A DNA stretch of 64,000 nucleotides from a phage. Positions within the stretch are counted from its first letter, which is position 1; every line of letters begins with the position of its first letter. A program made the position numbers and the translations under genes. Positions 53,616 to 63,256 of the stretch are shown piece by piece. The notes beneath the pieces were generated by a model that was given only the letters and a program-made list of their open reading frames with translations, ran no database searches and was not told the origin of the DNA. The stretch is from the sequence record PZ445527.1; one strand, given 5' to 3'.

Positions 53616-55088
53616 ATGACCTTGTTTAACGTGCAAGCTGTAGTGTTGAAGATGCTTCTAGCTTCCGAACAGAAGCAAATAGCATTGGAAACATTCTCAA
53701 AACTGCATAAAGATCATTTTAATGACGCTTTCTCCTCAATTTACCAAGCCGTCCAGAATTATTATAAAAAATATAACGCAATGCCGTCCATTGACGCACT
53801 TATGCTTGAGGCCAATAGGAACGCCCGCCTTTCTCAAGCTCTAGTCGTCTTAGCTAACACTCAAATTCCAGAAGTTAGCATGGAACAGGCACTTGAAGTC
53901 CTAGAGGCCGAGTATACACAGGATTTATTCCTGAAGCTTCTAGAAACAGACGTGCTTCAAGATTTAACAATGCTGGATCAGGGAGAAATTCTTAACCGAG
54001 TTGCCTCCCTTCACTTAAAATTAGAAGAGAAAGTAACGAATACTGGAAAAGTATTCAACGCAGATAACATGCGTATTTTCCAGAGAGAAGAAGATACCAA
54101 ACTGAACTTAATCGCTCTTGGTATTTGTAATGAGTTCGACGCTCAAATTGGTTTAGCTCGCACAGAAACGTTACTGCTTGGTGGTTGGCGTGGTACTGGT
54201 AAATCCATTATCTGTTCAAACATACAGGTTCAGCAATATTTGAATGGAGATATTGCTCCATACTTCTCAATTGAGATGAAAGAACATGAAGTATTTAGAC
54301 GTAATCTAGCCATGTTAGCTGGTGTATCAGCACTAGCAATGCGTAATAATACTCTAGAAGGCGCAGCTCTGTTGAGATTAGCCAGAACTAGAGCTAGGAT
54401 GTTTAATGGTGGTGAAGAGCTTTTCGATAACTTCGTTAAACAGTACACAATGGCTAAGATGAGTGATTTCTACGATATGGAAAGTAAGCTAATAGAAGGA
54501 TATGAGCTACATACTCCTATGATTATTGTTTATGATCCTGAGCTGTCTATTACAACAGTTGACGTAGAATTAAATAAATTAGTTGCTAGATATGGGGATA
54601 AAGTTACAGTAGCTTTACTGGACTATATTAACCAAACCCGACTTCCAGACTCTAAAACCATTGATATGTATGACTGGAAAGAACAGATGGTTGTTAGCTC
54701 GTCTTTCAAATCTATCTGCCAGAAACATAACGTGGCTGGTGTAGCCCCTTACCAGATTGATCAAGATGGTAGAACACGTATGTCAAAGGGGATTCTTGAT
54801 TCCGCAGACATGGCTGCTAATCTTAATGCTGCAAAAGCTGATAATGGTCAAGGTGCTATTATGTTTGACTTCGTTAAGACTCGTTCTTCTGATAGCGTGA
54901 AGTTTATGCCTAAAATGAACTGGGAAACCCTACGGATGGATAACACTACCAACCTAGCAATGGAAGATATATCTCAAATGGAAGCTGAGTTCGTTATCCC
55001 TATTGAGAAGGATAAGCCGGCTCAATCTAAACGTGCTAAGAAAGACAAAGCTGAAAATTCAACAGGTGAACAGGCCAGCGATATATGA
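53616..55088 (+). CDS. DnaB-like replicative helicase
   Basis: ORF 53556..55088; start at MTLFNVQ Met 4 nt after AAGGAG; Walker A GWRGTGKS. Confidence 0.8.
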   Translation: MTLFNVQAVVLKMLLASEQKQIALETFSKLHKDHFNDAFSSIYQAVQNYYKKYNAMPSIDALMLEANRNARLSQALVVLANTQIPEVSMEQALEVLEAEYTQDLFLKLLETDVLQDLTMLDQGEILNRVASLHLKLEEKVTNTGKVFNADNMRIFQREEDTKLNLIALGICNEFDAQIGLARTETLLLGGWRGTGKSIICSNIQVQQYLNGDIAPYFSIEMKEHEVFRRNLAMLAGVSALAMRNNTLEGAALLRLARTRARMFNGGEELFDNFVKQYTMAKMSDFYDMESKLIEGYELHTPMIIVYDPELSITTVDVELNKLVARYGDKVTVALLDYINQTRLPDSKTIDMYDWKEQMVVSSSFKSICQKHNVAGVAPYQIDQDGRTRMSKGILDSADMAANLNAAKADNGQGAIMFDFVKTRSSDSVKFMPKMNWETLRMDNTTNLAMEDISQMEAEFVIPIEKDKPAQSKRAKKDKAENSTGEQASDI

Positions 55089-55615
55089 TAACACAGGAAC
55101 GACTAAAAGAACTGTTTGACTACTCCCCAGAGACTGGGGAGTTTACTAGAAAAGTATCTAGAGGCAATCAGAAAGCTGGTAGTATTGCGGGTACTCTAGA
55201 TAGTGGATACATACGGATAAGGGTAGATAGAAAATTATACTTTGCACACCAACTAGCCTTCCTATACATGGAAGGATATATGCCAGAGGAAGTAGACCAT
55301 ATTAATCGAATTACTTGGGATAATAGATGGATTAATATTAGGCCATCCACCCGGCAAGAAAATAGCAGAAATAAAACAGCTAGAAGTAAATCTGGATACT
55401 TGGGAGTTTTCTGGTTTAAGCGGGATCACAAATGGCATGTAAGAGTAGTAAATTCTATGGGAGAAAAAGTTCACGGTGGGCTCTTTAATTACGCAGATCT
55501 AAAGCTTGCAGTCACTAAAGCCAATGAACTACGTCTACAATTACATGGAGAAAATGCTGTTCAAGAGATCTTTGATCCAACTAAGTATCCTTCACTGGAG
55601 GAGTTAAATTCATGA
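55085..55615 (+). CDS. HNH homing endonuclease (HNH plus AP2-like)
   Basis: 176 aa; N-terminus MITQERLKELFDYSPETGEFT, paralog of ORFs at 5368 and 29152. Confidence 0.8.
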   Translation: MITQERLKELFDYSPETGEFTRKVSRGNQKAGSIAGTLDSGYIRIRVDRKLYFAHQLAFLYMEGYMPEEVDHINRITWDNRWINIRPSTRQENSRNKTARSKSGYLGVFWFKRDHKWHVRVVNSMGEKVHGGLFNYADLKLAVTKANELRLQLHGENAVQEIFDPTKYPSLEELNS

Positions 55616-56502
55616 GTAGAATAACAGAATTACTTGATCTTAAGGGAATTGAGTATAAAGATACTGGTGGAGATATTTTAATCTGTTGCTTAAATCCAGA
55701 TCATGACGATAAACACCCAAGTTTGCGTATTGACCCTGAAACAGGTATTATGCACTGCTTGAGTTGTGGCTTCGGTAAAGGTATACCGAGCATTTACCAT
55801 TATTTTAATGAGACTCAGTACCGACAGTCCCCAAGACTATCGCAAGTACGTAAAAAGATTTCAGAGATTAGGAATGGATCAACGAATCTTGCAATTCCTG
55901 AATCTGCTTACCTTTTCGAAGGTGATTTCCGAGGTATAAGTTCTAAGACCTTGAAGAAATATTTTGCTTTCCAACACCAAGCAGACTGGGAAGGCAGAAT
56001 TGTATTCCCAATCACAGATGCTGTTGGACGCAATATCCTATTTTTGGGTCGTTCTATAAACAGTTCTGCCCCTCCTAAATACTTAGTAAAACCAAAACAA
56101 GTTTCACCCCCAATTTTTCCTGTACGATATAATACTCCAGTTCTTATTCTAGTTGAAGGCATCTTTGATATGCTGAACCTAGAGGATAATGGTATAGACT
56201 ATGCTTCTTGCTGCTTTGGTACACATCAGTTTACTTCGGATAACATTGCAGATAAGTTCAGTCCTTATATTATTGCCGGTGTAAAAGTTGTTGTTATCTT
56301 ACTAGATAATGATGCTTCTGGTAATAAAGCCGCACAAGCATTGGCCAAGCTAATTCGTACAAAAACACGTTTAACACCTGTAGTTGCTAACTTCTTACTT
56401 CCAGAGGGTAAGGATCCTGGTGATTTAAATAAAGAAGAAGTCGATACGTTAGCAAAACGTATTGAAATTTTAGTTGCTGAATCGCTTAAAGATTTGGTAT
56501 AA
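55612..56502 (+). CDS. DNA primase (DnaG-like zinc finger plus Toprim)
   Basis: 296 aa; CCLNPDHDDKHPSLRID...HCLSCGFGKG zinc finger; Toprim LVEGIFD...LLDNDASGNKAA. Confidence 0.85.
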   Translation: MSRITELLDLKGIEYKDTGGDILICCLNPDHDDKHPSLRIDPETGIMHCLSCGFGKGIPSIYHYFNETQYRQSPRLSQVRKKISEIRNGSTNLAIPESAYLFEGDFRGISSKTLKKYFAFQHQADWEGRIVFPITDAVGRNILFLGRSINSSAPPKYLVKPKQVSPPIFPVRYNTPVLILVEGIFDMLNLEDNGIDYASCCFGTHQFTSDNIADKFSPYIIAGVKVVVILLDNDASGNKAAQALAKLIRTKTRLTPVVANFLLPEGKDPGDLNKEEVDTLAKRIEILVAESLKDLV

Positions 56503-56564
56503 TATATTGGTAAGTTAGAGAAGAAACATTGAAGTTATACTTACTTACCAAGAGGAGATTAAAT

Positions 56565-59132
56565 TTGAAAATCGCAGTAGTTGATAAAGCTCTAAACAAC
56601 ACTCGTTATGATAAACATTTCCAGCTATACGGCGAGGAAGTTGATGTATTCCATATGTGTAATGAGAAGTTGTCCGGTCGTTTGCTCAAAAAGCATATTA
56701 CTATCGGGACTCCAGAAAACCCATTTGACCCGAATGATTATGATTTTGTTATACTGGTAGGTGCCGAACCTTTTCTGTACTTTGCAGGTAAGAAAGGTAT
56801 TGGTGATTATACCGGTAAACGTGTAGAGTATAATGGATATGCTAACTGGATTGCTAGTATCAGCCCAGCCCAGTTACACTTTAAACCTGAAATGAAACCA
56901 GTTTTTGATGCAACAGTAGAGAATATCCACGATATTATCAATGGTCGTGAGAAGATTGCAAAAGCTGGTGATTACCGTCCTATTACTGGTCCTGACGAGG
57001 CAGAAGAATATATCAAGATGGTATATAATATGGTTATCGGACCTGTCGCATTCGACTCCGAAACCTCAGCACTATACTGTCGAGATGGTTATCTGCTTGG
57101 TGTTTCTATATCTCACCAAGAGTATCAGGGTGTATATATTGATTCTGATTGTCTCACAGAGGTTGCAGTATATTATCTCCAGAAAATTCTGGATAGTGAA
57201 AACCACACTATTGTTTTTCACAACTTGAAGTTTGATATGCACTTTTATAAGTACCACCTGGGACTTACTTTTGATAAAGCACATAAAGAACGCAGGCTCC
57301 ATGATACCATGTTGCAGCACTATGTTCTAGATGAACGTCGTGGTACTCATGGCTTGAAATCTCTAGCAATGAAGTATACCGATATGGGTGACTATGACTT
57401 CGAACTAGATAAGTTCAAAGATGATTACTGCAAAGCACATAAAATCAAGAAAGAAGATTTCACCTATGATTTAATTCCGTTTGATATTATGTGGCCTTAC
57501 GCTGCGAAAGATACAGATGCCACCATACGTTTGCACAACTTCTTCTTACCAAAGATTGAGAAGAATGAAAAACTTTGCAGTCTGTATTACGATGTTTTGA
57601 TGCCTGGTTGCGTATTCTTGCAGCGTGTTGAAGATCGTGGTGTACCTATTTCTATCGATCGTTTAAAAGAAGCTCAGTATCAGTTAACCCATAATCTGAA
57701 TAAAGCCCGTGAGAAACTGTACACTTATCCGGAAGTTAAACAGCTAGAACAAGATCAGAATGAAGCGTTTAACCCGAACTCTGTTAAGCAACTTCGTGTT
57801 CTTCTGTTCGATTATGTTGGTTTGACTCCAACTGGTAAGTTAACAGATACTGGGGCAGATTCTACGGATGCAGAAGCTCTGAATGAACTGGCTACGCAGC
57901 ATCCAATTGCTAAAACTCTACTAGAGATTCGTAAGCTGACTAAGCTGATCTCTACTTATGTTGAGAAGATTCTACTGAGTATTGATGCAGATGGTTGCAT
58001 TCGTACTGGTTTCCATGAACATATGACTACTTCTGGTCGTCTGAGTTCTTCTGGTAAACTGAACCTGCAACAGTTGCCCCGCGATGAATCTATTATCAAG
58101 GGTTGTGTAGTAGCTCCTCCAGGATATCGTGTAATCGCATGGGACTTAACAACTGCGGAAGTTTATTATGCTGCTGTTCTATCTGGGGATAGAAATATGC
58201 AACAGGTATTTATCAACATGAGAAATGAACCTGATAAATACCCAGACTTCCACTCTAACATCGCACACATGGTATTTAAGCTCCAATGCGAACCTCGTGA
58301 TGTTAAAAAGTTATTTCCAGCTCTGCGTCAAGCAGCTAAAGCAATCACCTTTGGTATTCTGTATGGTTCTGGCCCAGCTAAAGTAGCTCATTCTGTTAAC
58401 GAAGCTCTTCTGGAGCAGGCTGCTAAGACAGGCGAACCGTTTGTAGAGTGTACTGTTGCAGATGCTAAAGAGTACATTGAAACTTACTTCGGTCAGTTCC
58501 CGCAGCTTAAGCGTTGGATTGATAAGTGCCACGATCAGATAAAGAATCATGGATTTATCTACAGTCACTTTGGTCGTAAACGTCGTCTGCATAATATCCA
58601 CTCCGAAGACCGTGGTGTTCAGGGTGAAGAAATCCGTTCTGGATTTAACGCAATCATTCAGTCTGCTTCTTCTGATAGTCTCCTTTTAGGTGCTGTAGAT
58701 GCAGATAATGAGATCATTTCTCTTGGCCTAGAACAAGAGATGAAGATTGTTATGCTGGTTCATGACTCCGTAGTTGCTATTGTTCGTGAAGACTTGATCG
58801 ACCAATACAATGAAATCCTGATTCGTAATATTCAGAAAGACCGTGGTATCAGTATTCCTGGCTGTCCGATTGGTATTGATTCAGATTCTGAAGCTGGAGG
58901 TTCTCGTGACTACTCTTGTGGTAAGATGAAGAAACAGCACCCATCAATCGCTTGTATTGATGATGATGAATATACTCGTTATGTCAAGGGTGTATTACTT
59001 GATGCAGAGTTCGAGTATAAGAAACTAGCTGCAATGGATAAAGAGCATCCAGATCATAGCAAGTACAAGGATGATAAGTTTATTGCTGTATGTAAAGATT
59101 TGGATAACGTGAAAAGGATTCTCGGTGCTTAA
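56565..59132 (+). CDS. DNA polymerase, family A with 3-prime-5-prime exonuclease domain
   Basis: ORF 56529..59132; TTG at 56565 follows AGAGGAG and gives 855 aa; Pol A motif B KAITFGILYGSG and motif C LVHDS. Confidence 0.9.
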   Translation: MKIAVVDKALNNTRYDKHFQLYGEEVDVFHMCNEKLSGRLLKKHITIGTPENPFDPNDYDFVILVGAEPFLYFAGKKGIGDYTGKRVEYNGYANWIASISPAQLHFKPEMKPVFDATVENIHDIINGREKIAKAGDYRPITGPDEAEEYIKMVYNMVIGPVAFDSETSALYCRDGYLLGVSISHQEYQGVYIDSDCLTEVAVYYLQKILDSENHTIVFHNLKFDMHFYKYHLGLTFDKAHKERRLHDTMLQHYVLDERRGTHGLKSLAMKYTDMGDYDFELDKFKDDYCKAHKIKKEDFTYDLIPFDIMWPYAAKDTDATIRLHNFFLPKIEKNEKLCSLYYDVLMPGCVFLQRVEDRGVPISIDRLKEAQYQLTHNLNKAREKLYTYPEVKQLEQDQNEAFNPNSVKQLRVLLFDYVGLTPTGKLTDTGADSTDAEALNELATQHPIAKTLLEIRKLTKLISTYVEKILLSIDADGCIRTGFHEHMTTSGRLSSSGKLNLQQLPRDESIIKGCVVAPPGYRVIAWDLTTAEVYYAAVLSGDRNMQQVFINMRNEPDKYPDFHSNIAHMVFKLQCEPRDVKKLFPALRQAAKAITFGILYGSGPAKVAHSVNEALLEQAAKTGEPFVECTVADAKEYIETYFGQFPQLKRWIDKCHDQIKNHGFIYSHFGRKRRLHNIHSEDRGVQGEEIRSGFNAIIQSASSDSLLLGAVDADNEIISLGLEQEMKIVMLVHDSVVAIVREDLIDQYNEILIRNIQKDRGISIPGCPIGIDSDSEAGGSRDYSCGKMKKQHPSIACIDDDEYTRYVKGVLLDAEFEYKKLAAMDKEHPDHSKYKDDKFIAVCKDLDNVKRILGA

Positions 59133-59622
59133 TTTCAAATTGCCCGTCTATGCGTTACGGGCATTTGTATCAATTGAGCAAGAAGGTGATTATTCCGTAA
59201 TTACAACAAGATATAATAAATATGTCCTAGATAACAGGAAGTTGCCTGGCACTTTTTCTCAACGTAGACTTATTCTATTTGAGAAACGGAAAGAATTACC
59301 ATACAAGCTCTATCCTATTAGAGGTAGAATATCAATGTTGTCTCAATTAGTTGGGTCAAAGCGTAACCAATTTATAGATTCTGATGGAAATCTTATTAAT
59401 TGGAAGAAAACTACGTTCTACGATGTTGTCACCTCTAAAGTTTTGCATTCAGCTAGAATTTATAATGGAAAATACCAATGCTATGTGGCTAAAGTCCCTT
59501 ATCCATTTGTATTATCCTATGTTCCAGCTTATATAAGCTATATTCTGGTAAATAATAGCCCTGTTATTTATCAAGTCCATCAAGAGGAGCCTGAAATTCC
59601 TAGACTTAGAATAAAATTATGA
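59125..59622 (+). CDS. hypothetical protein
   Basis: 165 aa ORF between polymerase and helicase. Confidence 0.5.
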   Translation: MLNFKLPVYALRAFVSIEQEGDYSVITTRYNKYVLDNRKLPGTFSQRRLILFEKRKELPYKLYPIRGRISMLSQLVGSKRNQFIDSDGNLINWKKTTFYDVVTSKVLHSARIYNGKYQCYVAKVPYPFVLSYVPAYISYILVNNSPVIYQVHQEEPEIPRLRIKL

Positions 59623-60971
59623 AGGTTGTTATATCTAATAAAGCCTATTTCAAGCCCGATGATGAACTTTGGGATTATTGTAGTAAGCAAACCACTTATC
59701 ACATAGAGACAATGACTAGTAAATACCCTATTATGTATAAGAATAGTGGTGTTGTTGCCAAAGAGATTAAGTGGATTCCTATTACGCGTCTGGACTTATT
59801 AGATGCTAAAGGAATAAAATACGAATTAGTCGATAAACGCACATTAGCTCCGGTAGATATACCAAAACCGTCGTTTAAACTGCGTGAAGAAGATCAGCTT
59901 CCAATATACGAAGAATGCGATGATACCTGTATTATTAATGGTAAGCCTGGGTTTGGTAAAACTATCCTAGCACTTGCACTTGCGTATAAATTTAGTCAGA
60001 AAACTTTGGTAATCTGTACAAATACATCCATTCGTGAAATGTGGGCGGCAGAAGTTCGTAAATGGTTTGGGTTTGAACCAGGCATCATAGGTTCTGGAAA
60101 GTACAATATTGATCCACCCATTGTGGTTAGTAATATTCAAACAGTGAATAAACATGCGAATAATCTTTCTAAAGTATTCGGTACTGTTATAGTTGATGAA
60201 GTTCACCATTGTGTGGCTACAACTTTCACTAACTTCCTAGAAATATCATGTGCTCGCTATAAAATTGGACTATCCGGTACACTAAAACGAAAAGATGGTC
60301 TACAAGTTATGTTCAAAGATTTCTTTGGATATAAGATATTTAGCCCACCGGTTAATAATACTGTTGCACCTACAATCCATAGGTACTCCGTGCCTGTTGA
60401 GCTATCAGGAAACCAAAACGTACCGTGGGCATTACGTGCTAACGATGTGTATAACCATCCTGAATACCGAGAGACTATTATAAACCTAGCACATCTATAT
60501 GTGAATATGGGGCATAAAGTACTCATTGTAAGTGATAGAACAGAGTTAATCCAAACAGTACTAGAAGCACTATCTCAGCGAGGCGTCACAACCTATGAGA
60601 TTATTGGCGCAACCCCCCTTGATGATCGATTAAAAATTCAGGAAGATATAGCAAAAGGTGGCCCTTGTGTACTTGCAGCAGCTCAAAGTATCTTCTCTGA
60701 AGGTATTTCCCTTAATGAGCTATCTTGTTTAATAATGGGAAGCCTCATTAATAATGAATCTCTCATTGAACAGCTTGCAGGCCGTGTTCAACGTATTGTC
60801 GATGGTAAACTCGACCCTATTGTTGTAGATCTAATTATGAAAGGTGGCACTGGACTAAGACAGGCTTCTGGGCGTATGGCAGTATATCGTAACAACGGGT
60901 GGAAAACTATTACTATGACTCCGGAGAAAGCAGTTCAATTAGCTAAAATTGCATTTGGCAACAGCTTATAA
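59619..60971 (+). CDS. SF2 ATP-dependent DNA helicase (T5 D10-like)
   Basis: 450 aa; Walker A GKPGFGKT, DEVH box VIVDEVHH, C-terminal helicase motifs. Confidence 0.8.
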   Translation: MKVVISNKAYFKPDDELWDYCSKQTTYHIETMTSKYPIMYKNSGVVAKEIKWIPITRLDLLDAKGIKYELVDKRTLAPVDIPKPSFKLREEDQLPIYEECDDTCIINGKPGFGKTILALALAYKFSQKTLVICTNTSIREMWAAEVRKWFGFEPGIIGSGKYNIDPPIVVSNIQTVNKHANNLSKVFGTVIVDEVHHCVATTFTNFLEISCARYKIGLSGTLKRKDGLQVMFKDFFGYKIFSPPVNNTVAPTIHRYSVPVELSGNQNVPWALRANDVYNHPEYRETIINLAHLYVNMGHKVLIVSDRTELIQTVLEALSQRGVTTYEIIGATPLDDRLKIQEDIAKGGPCVLAAAQSIFSEGISLNELSCLIMGSLINNESLIEQLAGRVQRIVDGKLDPIVVDLIMKGGTGLRQASGRMAVYRNNGWKTITMTPEKAVQLAKIAFGNSL

Positions 60972-60983
60972 ATGATGTATAAT
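60955..60983 (+). promoter_or_regulatory. sigma70 promoter (first of a tandem pair)
   Basis: TTGGCA, 17 nt spacer, TATAAT, leader ATATACATAAATTTGAGAGAG; followed by hairpin TTCGGA...TCCGAA. Confidence 0.6.
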
Positions 60984-61054
60984 ATATACATAAATTTGAG
61001 AGAGAAAGTTTCGGATTGATAAGAAAGTCCGAAGCAGAAAAATAAAAATTTTAG

Positions 61055-61084
61055 TTGCTAAATTCTCTCGAAATCTAGTATAAT
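61055..61084 (+). promoter_or_regulatory. sigma70 promoter (second of a tandem pair)
   Basis: TTGCTA, 18 nt spacer, TATAAT, leader ATATACATAAATTCGAGGAG. Confidence 0.6.
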
Positions 61085-61191
61085 ATATACATAAATTCGA
61101 GGAGAAAACAAAAATTAAATTCTTCGATTATGAAAAGCTATACTTACTAGCTAGAGGAAATTCCGACTTAATTATTAGGCTATTCAAAAGA

Positions 61192-61476
61192 ATGCTTACA
61201 GAGCCTGATGCTCACCAATTATTGGTCGGTTCCTCATTCATTTTGAATGAATCAACAATAGTTGATAATCCAAATAAATTGTCTAATAGACAACTGGCAG
61301 AATATCTAGGAATTTTAAGTCTACGAAATTATGCCGAATACAAGTTTACAAACGATCCTAGTTTGGACATACAATATGTTCCAGTATGGATACCACGTTT
61401 AGTAATCGACACTAACCCACTAATCGCAATTAACAAATCGAAATTAATCTTTAAAGAGGAAATAAAATATGGCTAA
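61192..61476 (+). CDS. hypothetical protein
   Basis: 94 aa ORF; weak RBS. Confidence 0.4.
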   Translation: MLTEPDAHQLLVGSSFILNESTIVDNPNKLSNRQLAEYLGILSLRNYAEYKFTNDPSLDIQYVPVWIPRLVIDTNPLIAINKSKLIFKEEIKYG

Positions 61477-62242
61477 GTCTTGGGGCGAAACTACTGGCGG
61501 TTCTAACGATAAAATCGAATTCCTGAAGTTCAACAACGGTATCACTCGTGTTCGTATCGTTTCTGGTGTTCTTCCACGTTATGTCTACTGGCTGACTAAT
61601 AAAGAAGGTAGCGTAGCTCCTTTTGAATGTCTCCGTTTTAACCGCGACAAAGAGAGCTTTGTTCGTGGTAAAGCTGATCCAGTTCATGAGATGGGCTTCT
61701 TTGAGAAAGAGCTGGATAAAGATGGTAATCGAGTTCCGCTGAAACCGAAGAAAAACTATATCGCTTTTGTTATCGACCGTTCTGATAACAAACTGAAAGT
61801 AATGGAAGTCAAAGCTACTATTCTGAAAGGCATCCAGTCTATCATGAAGCAGTTGAATCTGGCAACTCCGTTTGATATTGATATTTCTATCGAGAAAAAA
61901 GGCAAAGGTTTCGATACTGAGTATGATGTACAGCAGATTGCTGCTATGCAGTTCCAGATTAAGCTGCAAGATCCTAACAGTGCAGAGTCTAAGCAATATG
62001 CTGCGGATGTAGATCTGATCGGTGAAGCTATGTGTGATGAAGATGGCGACATCATTAAGTTCGAGAAAGTTCCTTCTCTGGAACAAACCTATCCGGTCCC
62101 TACCTATGAAGAGCAGAAAGAAGCAATTCAAGCCTTCATGGAAGGTCGTGAGAATAAAGATGATGATGCCAAATCTGGTAACAGCAATGCTGGTTCCCAG
62201 AAAGGTATTGACCAAGAAGCTGCAAGCGATCTGGATGACTAA
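61469..62242 (+). CDS. acidic-tailed protein, possible ssDNA-binding/replication accessory (T5 D11-like)
   Basis: 257 aa; biased codon use; acidic C-terminal tail ending DLDD. Confidence 0.5.
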   Translation: MAKSWGETTGGSNDKIEFLKFNNGITRVRIVSGVLPRYVYWLTNKEGSVAPFECLRFNRDKESFVRGKADPVHEMGFFEKELDKDGNRVPLKPKKNYIAFVIDRSDNKLKVMEVKATILKGIQSIMKQLNLATPFDIDISIEKKGKGFDTEYDVQQIAAMQFQIKLQDPNSAESKQYAADVDLIGEAMCDEDGDIIKFEKVPSLEQTYPVPTYEEQKEAIQAFMEGRENKDDDAKSGNSNAGSQKGIDQEAASDLDD

Positions 62243-62248
62243 TAAATA

Positions 62249-62275
62249 GAGGGGCTTCGGCCCCTTTCTTTTTAA
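62249..62275 (+). terminator. rho-independent terminator
   Basis: Hairpin AGGGGC-TTCG-GCCCCT followed by TTCTTTTT. Confidence 0.7.
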
Positions 62276-62278
62276 CAT

Positions 62279-63256
62279 ATGAGAATATTATTTAGTGCTG
62301 ATCATCATATTAAGCTGGGCCAAGATAAGATACCCAAAGAATGGCAGAAGCGTCGCTTCCTGATGCTAGGAGAACGGTTAAATGATATATTCCATAATCA
62401 TAACTGTGATCTTCATATTATTGGTGGTGATTTATTTGATCATTCCGACCCGTCGTCGGAAGAAGTAGAACTTCTAGAAAAATTTATGTCTAGGCTAGAT
62501 CATATAGGAATGGTATTTACAGGTAATCATGAATTAATAACTAAAACTATTTCATGTCTGTACCATTATGCGGGAGTTATTAATAAAGTAACTAGTGGGA
62601 AGTGGGAAGTAATTACCAAACCATATCGTTCCCTTGAATTTGATATTGTCCCATATGATGAGATTCATAAACCCAAGTGGAAACCTGCTGAATCAAAACT
62701 ATGTTTCACGCATGTTCGTGGTGAAATCCCTCCACATGTAAAACCAGAAATTGATCTAACTAAGTACAACTGTTATGATACTGTAATTGCTGGAGATTTA
62801 CATTCTTATACTAATAGCCAGACTATCGGATCTACTAGACTTCTCTACCCAGGGTCTCCATTAACTACATCGTTCCATAGAGAACGCACAAAAGGTACAA
62901 ATGGTTGCTTTATCATTGATACCGATACATTAAAAGTAGAATGGATTGAACTAGGTGATTTACCACAACTGATTCGTAAAACAATCGGAGCAGGTGAAGA
63001 AATGGAACCTAGTGATTATGATCGTGTAGTCTACGAAGTTACTGGTGACGTTGTTCAATTAAAGTCTATCAAAGACTCTGATTTATTAGATAAGAAGATT
63101 AACCATCGAGTTACTAAAGACGCTAAGTTAAATCTTGTTGATCTTGATATGTTGGGCGAACTTGAACTTTACTTCCGTGAAGTCGAGAAGCTATCTCAAG
63201 GCGACATTGATAGAATCTTGGCTAGAGCTGCGAAATATGTCAAAGATTACAATTAA
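62279..63256 (+). CDS. SbcD/Mre11-like nuclease (T5 D12-like)
   Basis: 325 aa; metallophosphoesterase motifs FSADHH, GGDLFDH, GNHE. Confidence 0.8.
   Translation: MRILFSADHHIKLGQDKIPKEWQKRRFLMLGERLNDIFHNHNCDLHIIGGDLFDHSDPSSEEVELLEKFMSRLDHIGMVFTGNHELITKTISCLYHYAGVINKVTSGKWEVITKPYRSLEFDIVPYDEIHKPKWKPAESKLCFTHVRGEIPPHVKPEIDLTKYNCYDTVIAGDLHSYTNSQTIGSTRLLYPGSPLTTSFHRERTKGTNGCFIIDTDTLKVEWIELGDLPQLIRKTIGAGEEMEPSDYDRVVYEVTGDVVQLKSIKDSDLLDKKINHRVTKDAKLNLVDLDMLGELELYFREVEKLSQGDIDRILARAAKYVKDYN

Noticed and set aside
56529-56564. Upstream start for DNA polymerase at 56529
   Set aside because: The TTG at 56565 has a well-spaced AGAGGAG RBS and yields 855 aa; the upstream extension has no RBS.
56941-58601. 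ORFs 56941..57228, 57072..57320 and 58311..58601
   Set aside because: Inside the DNA polymerase gene in other frames or antisense.
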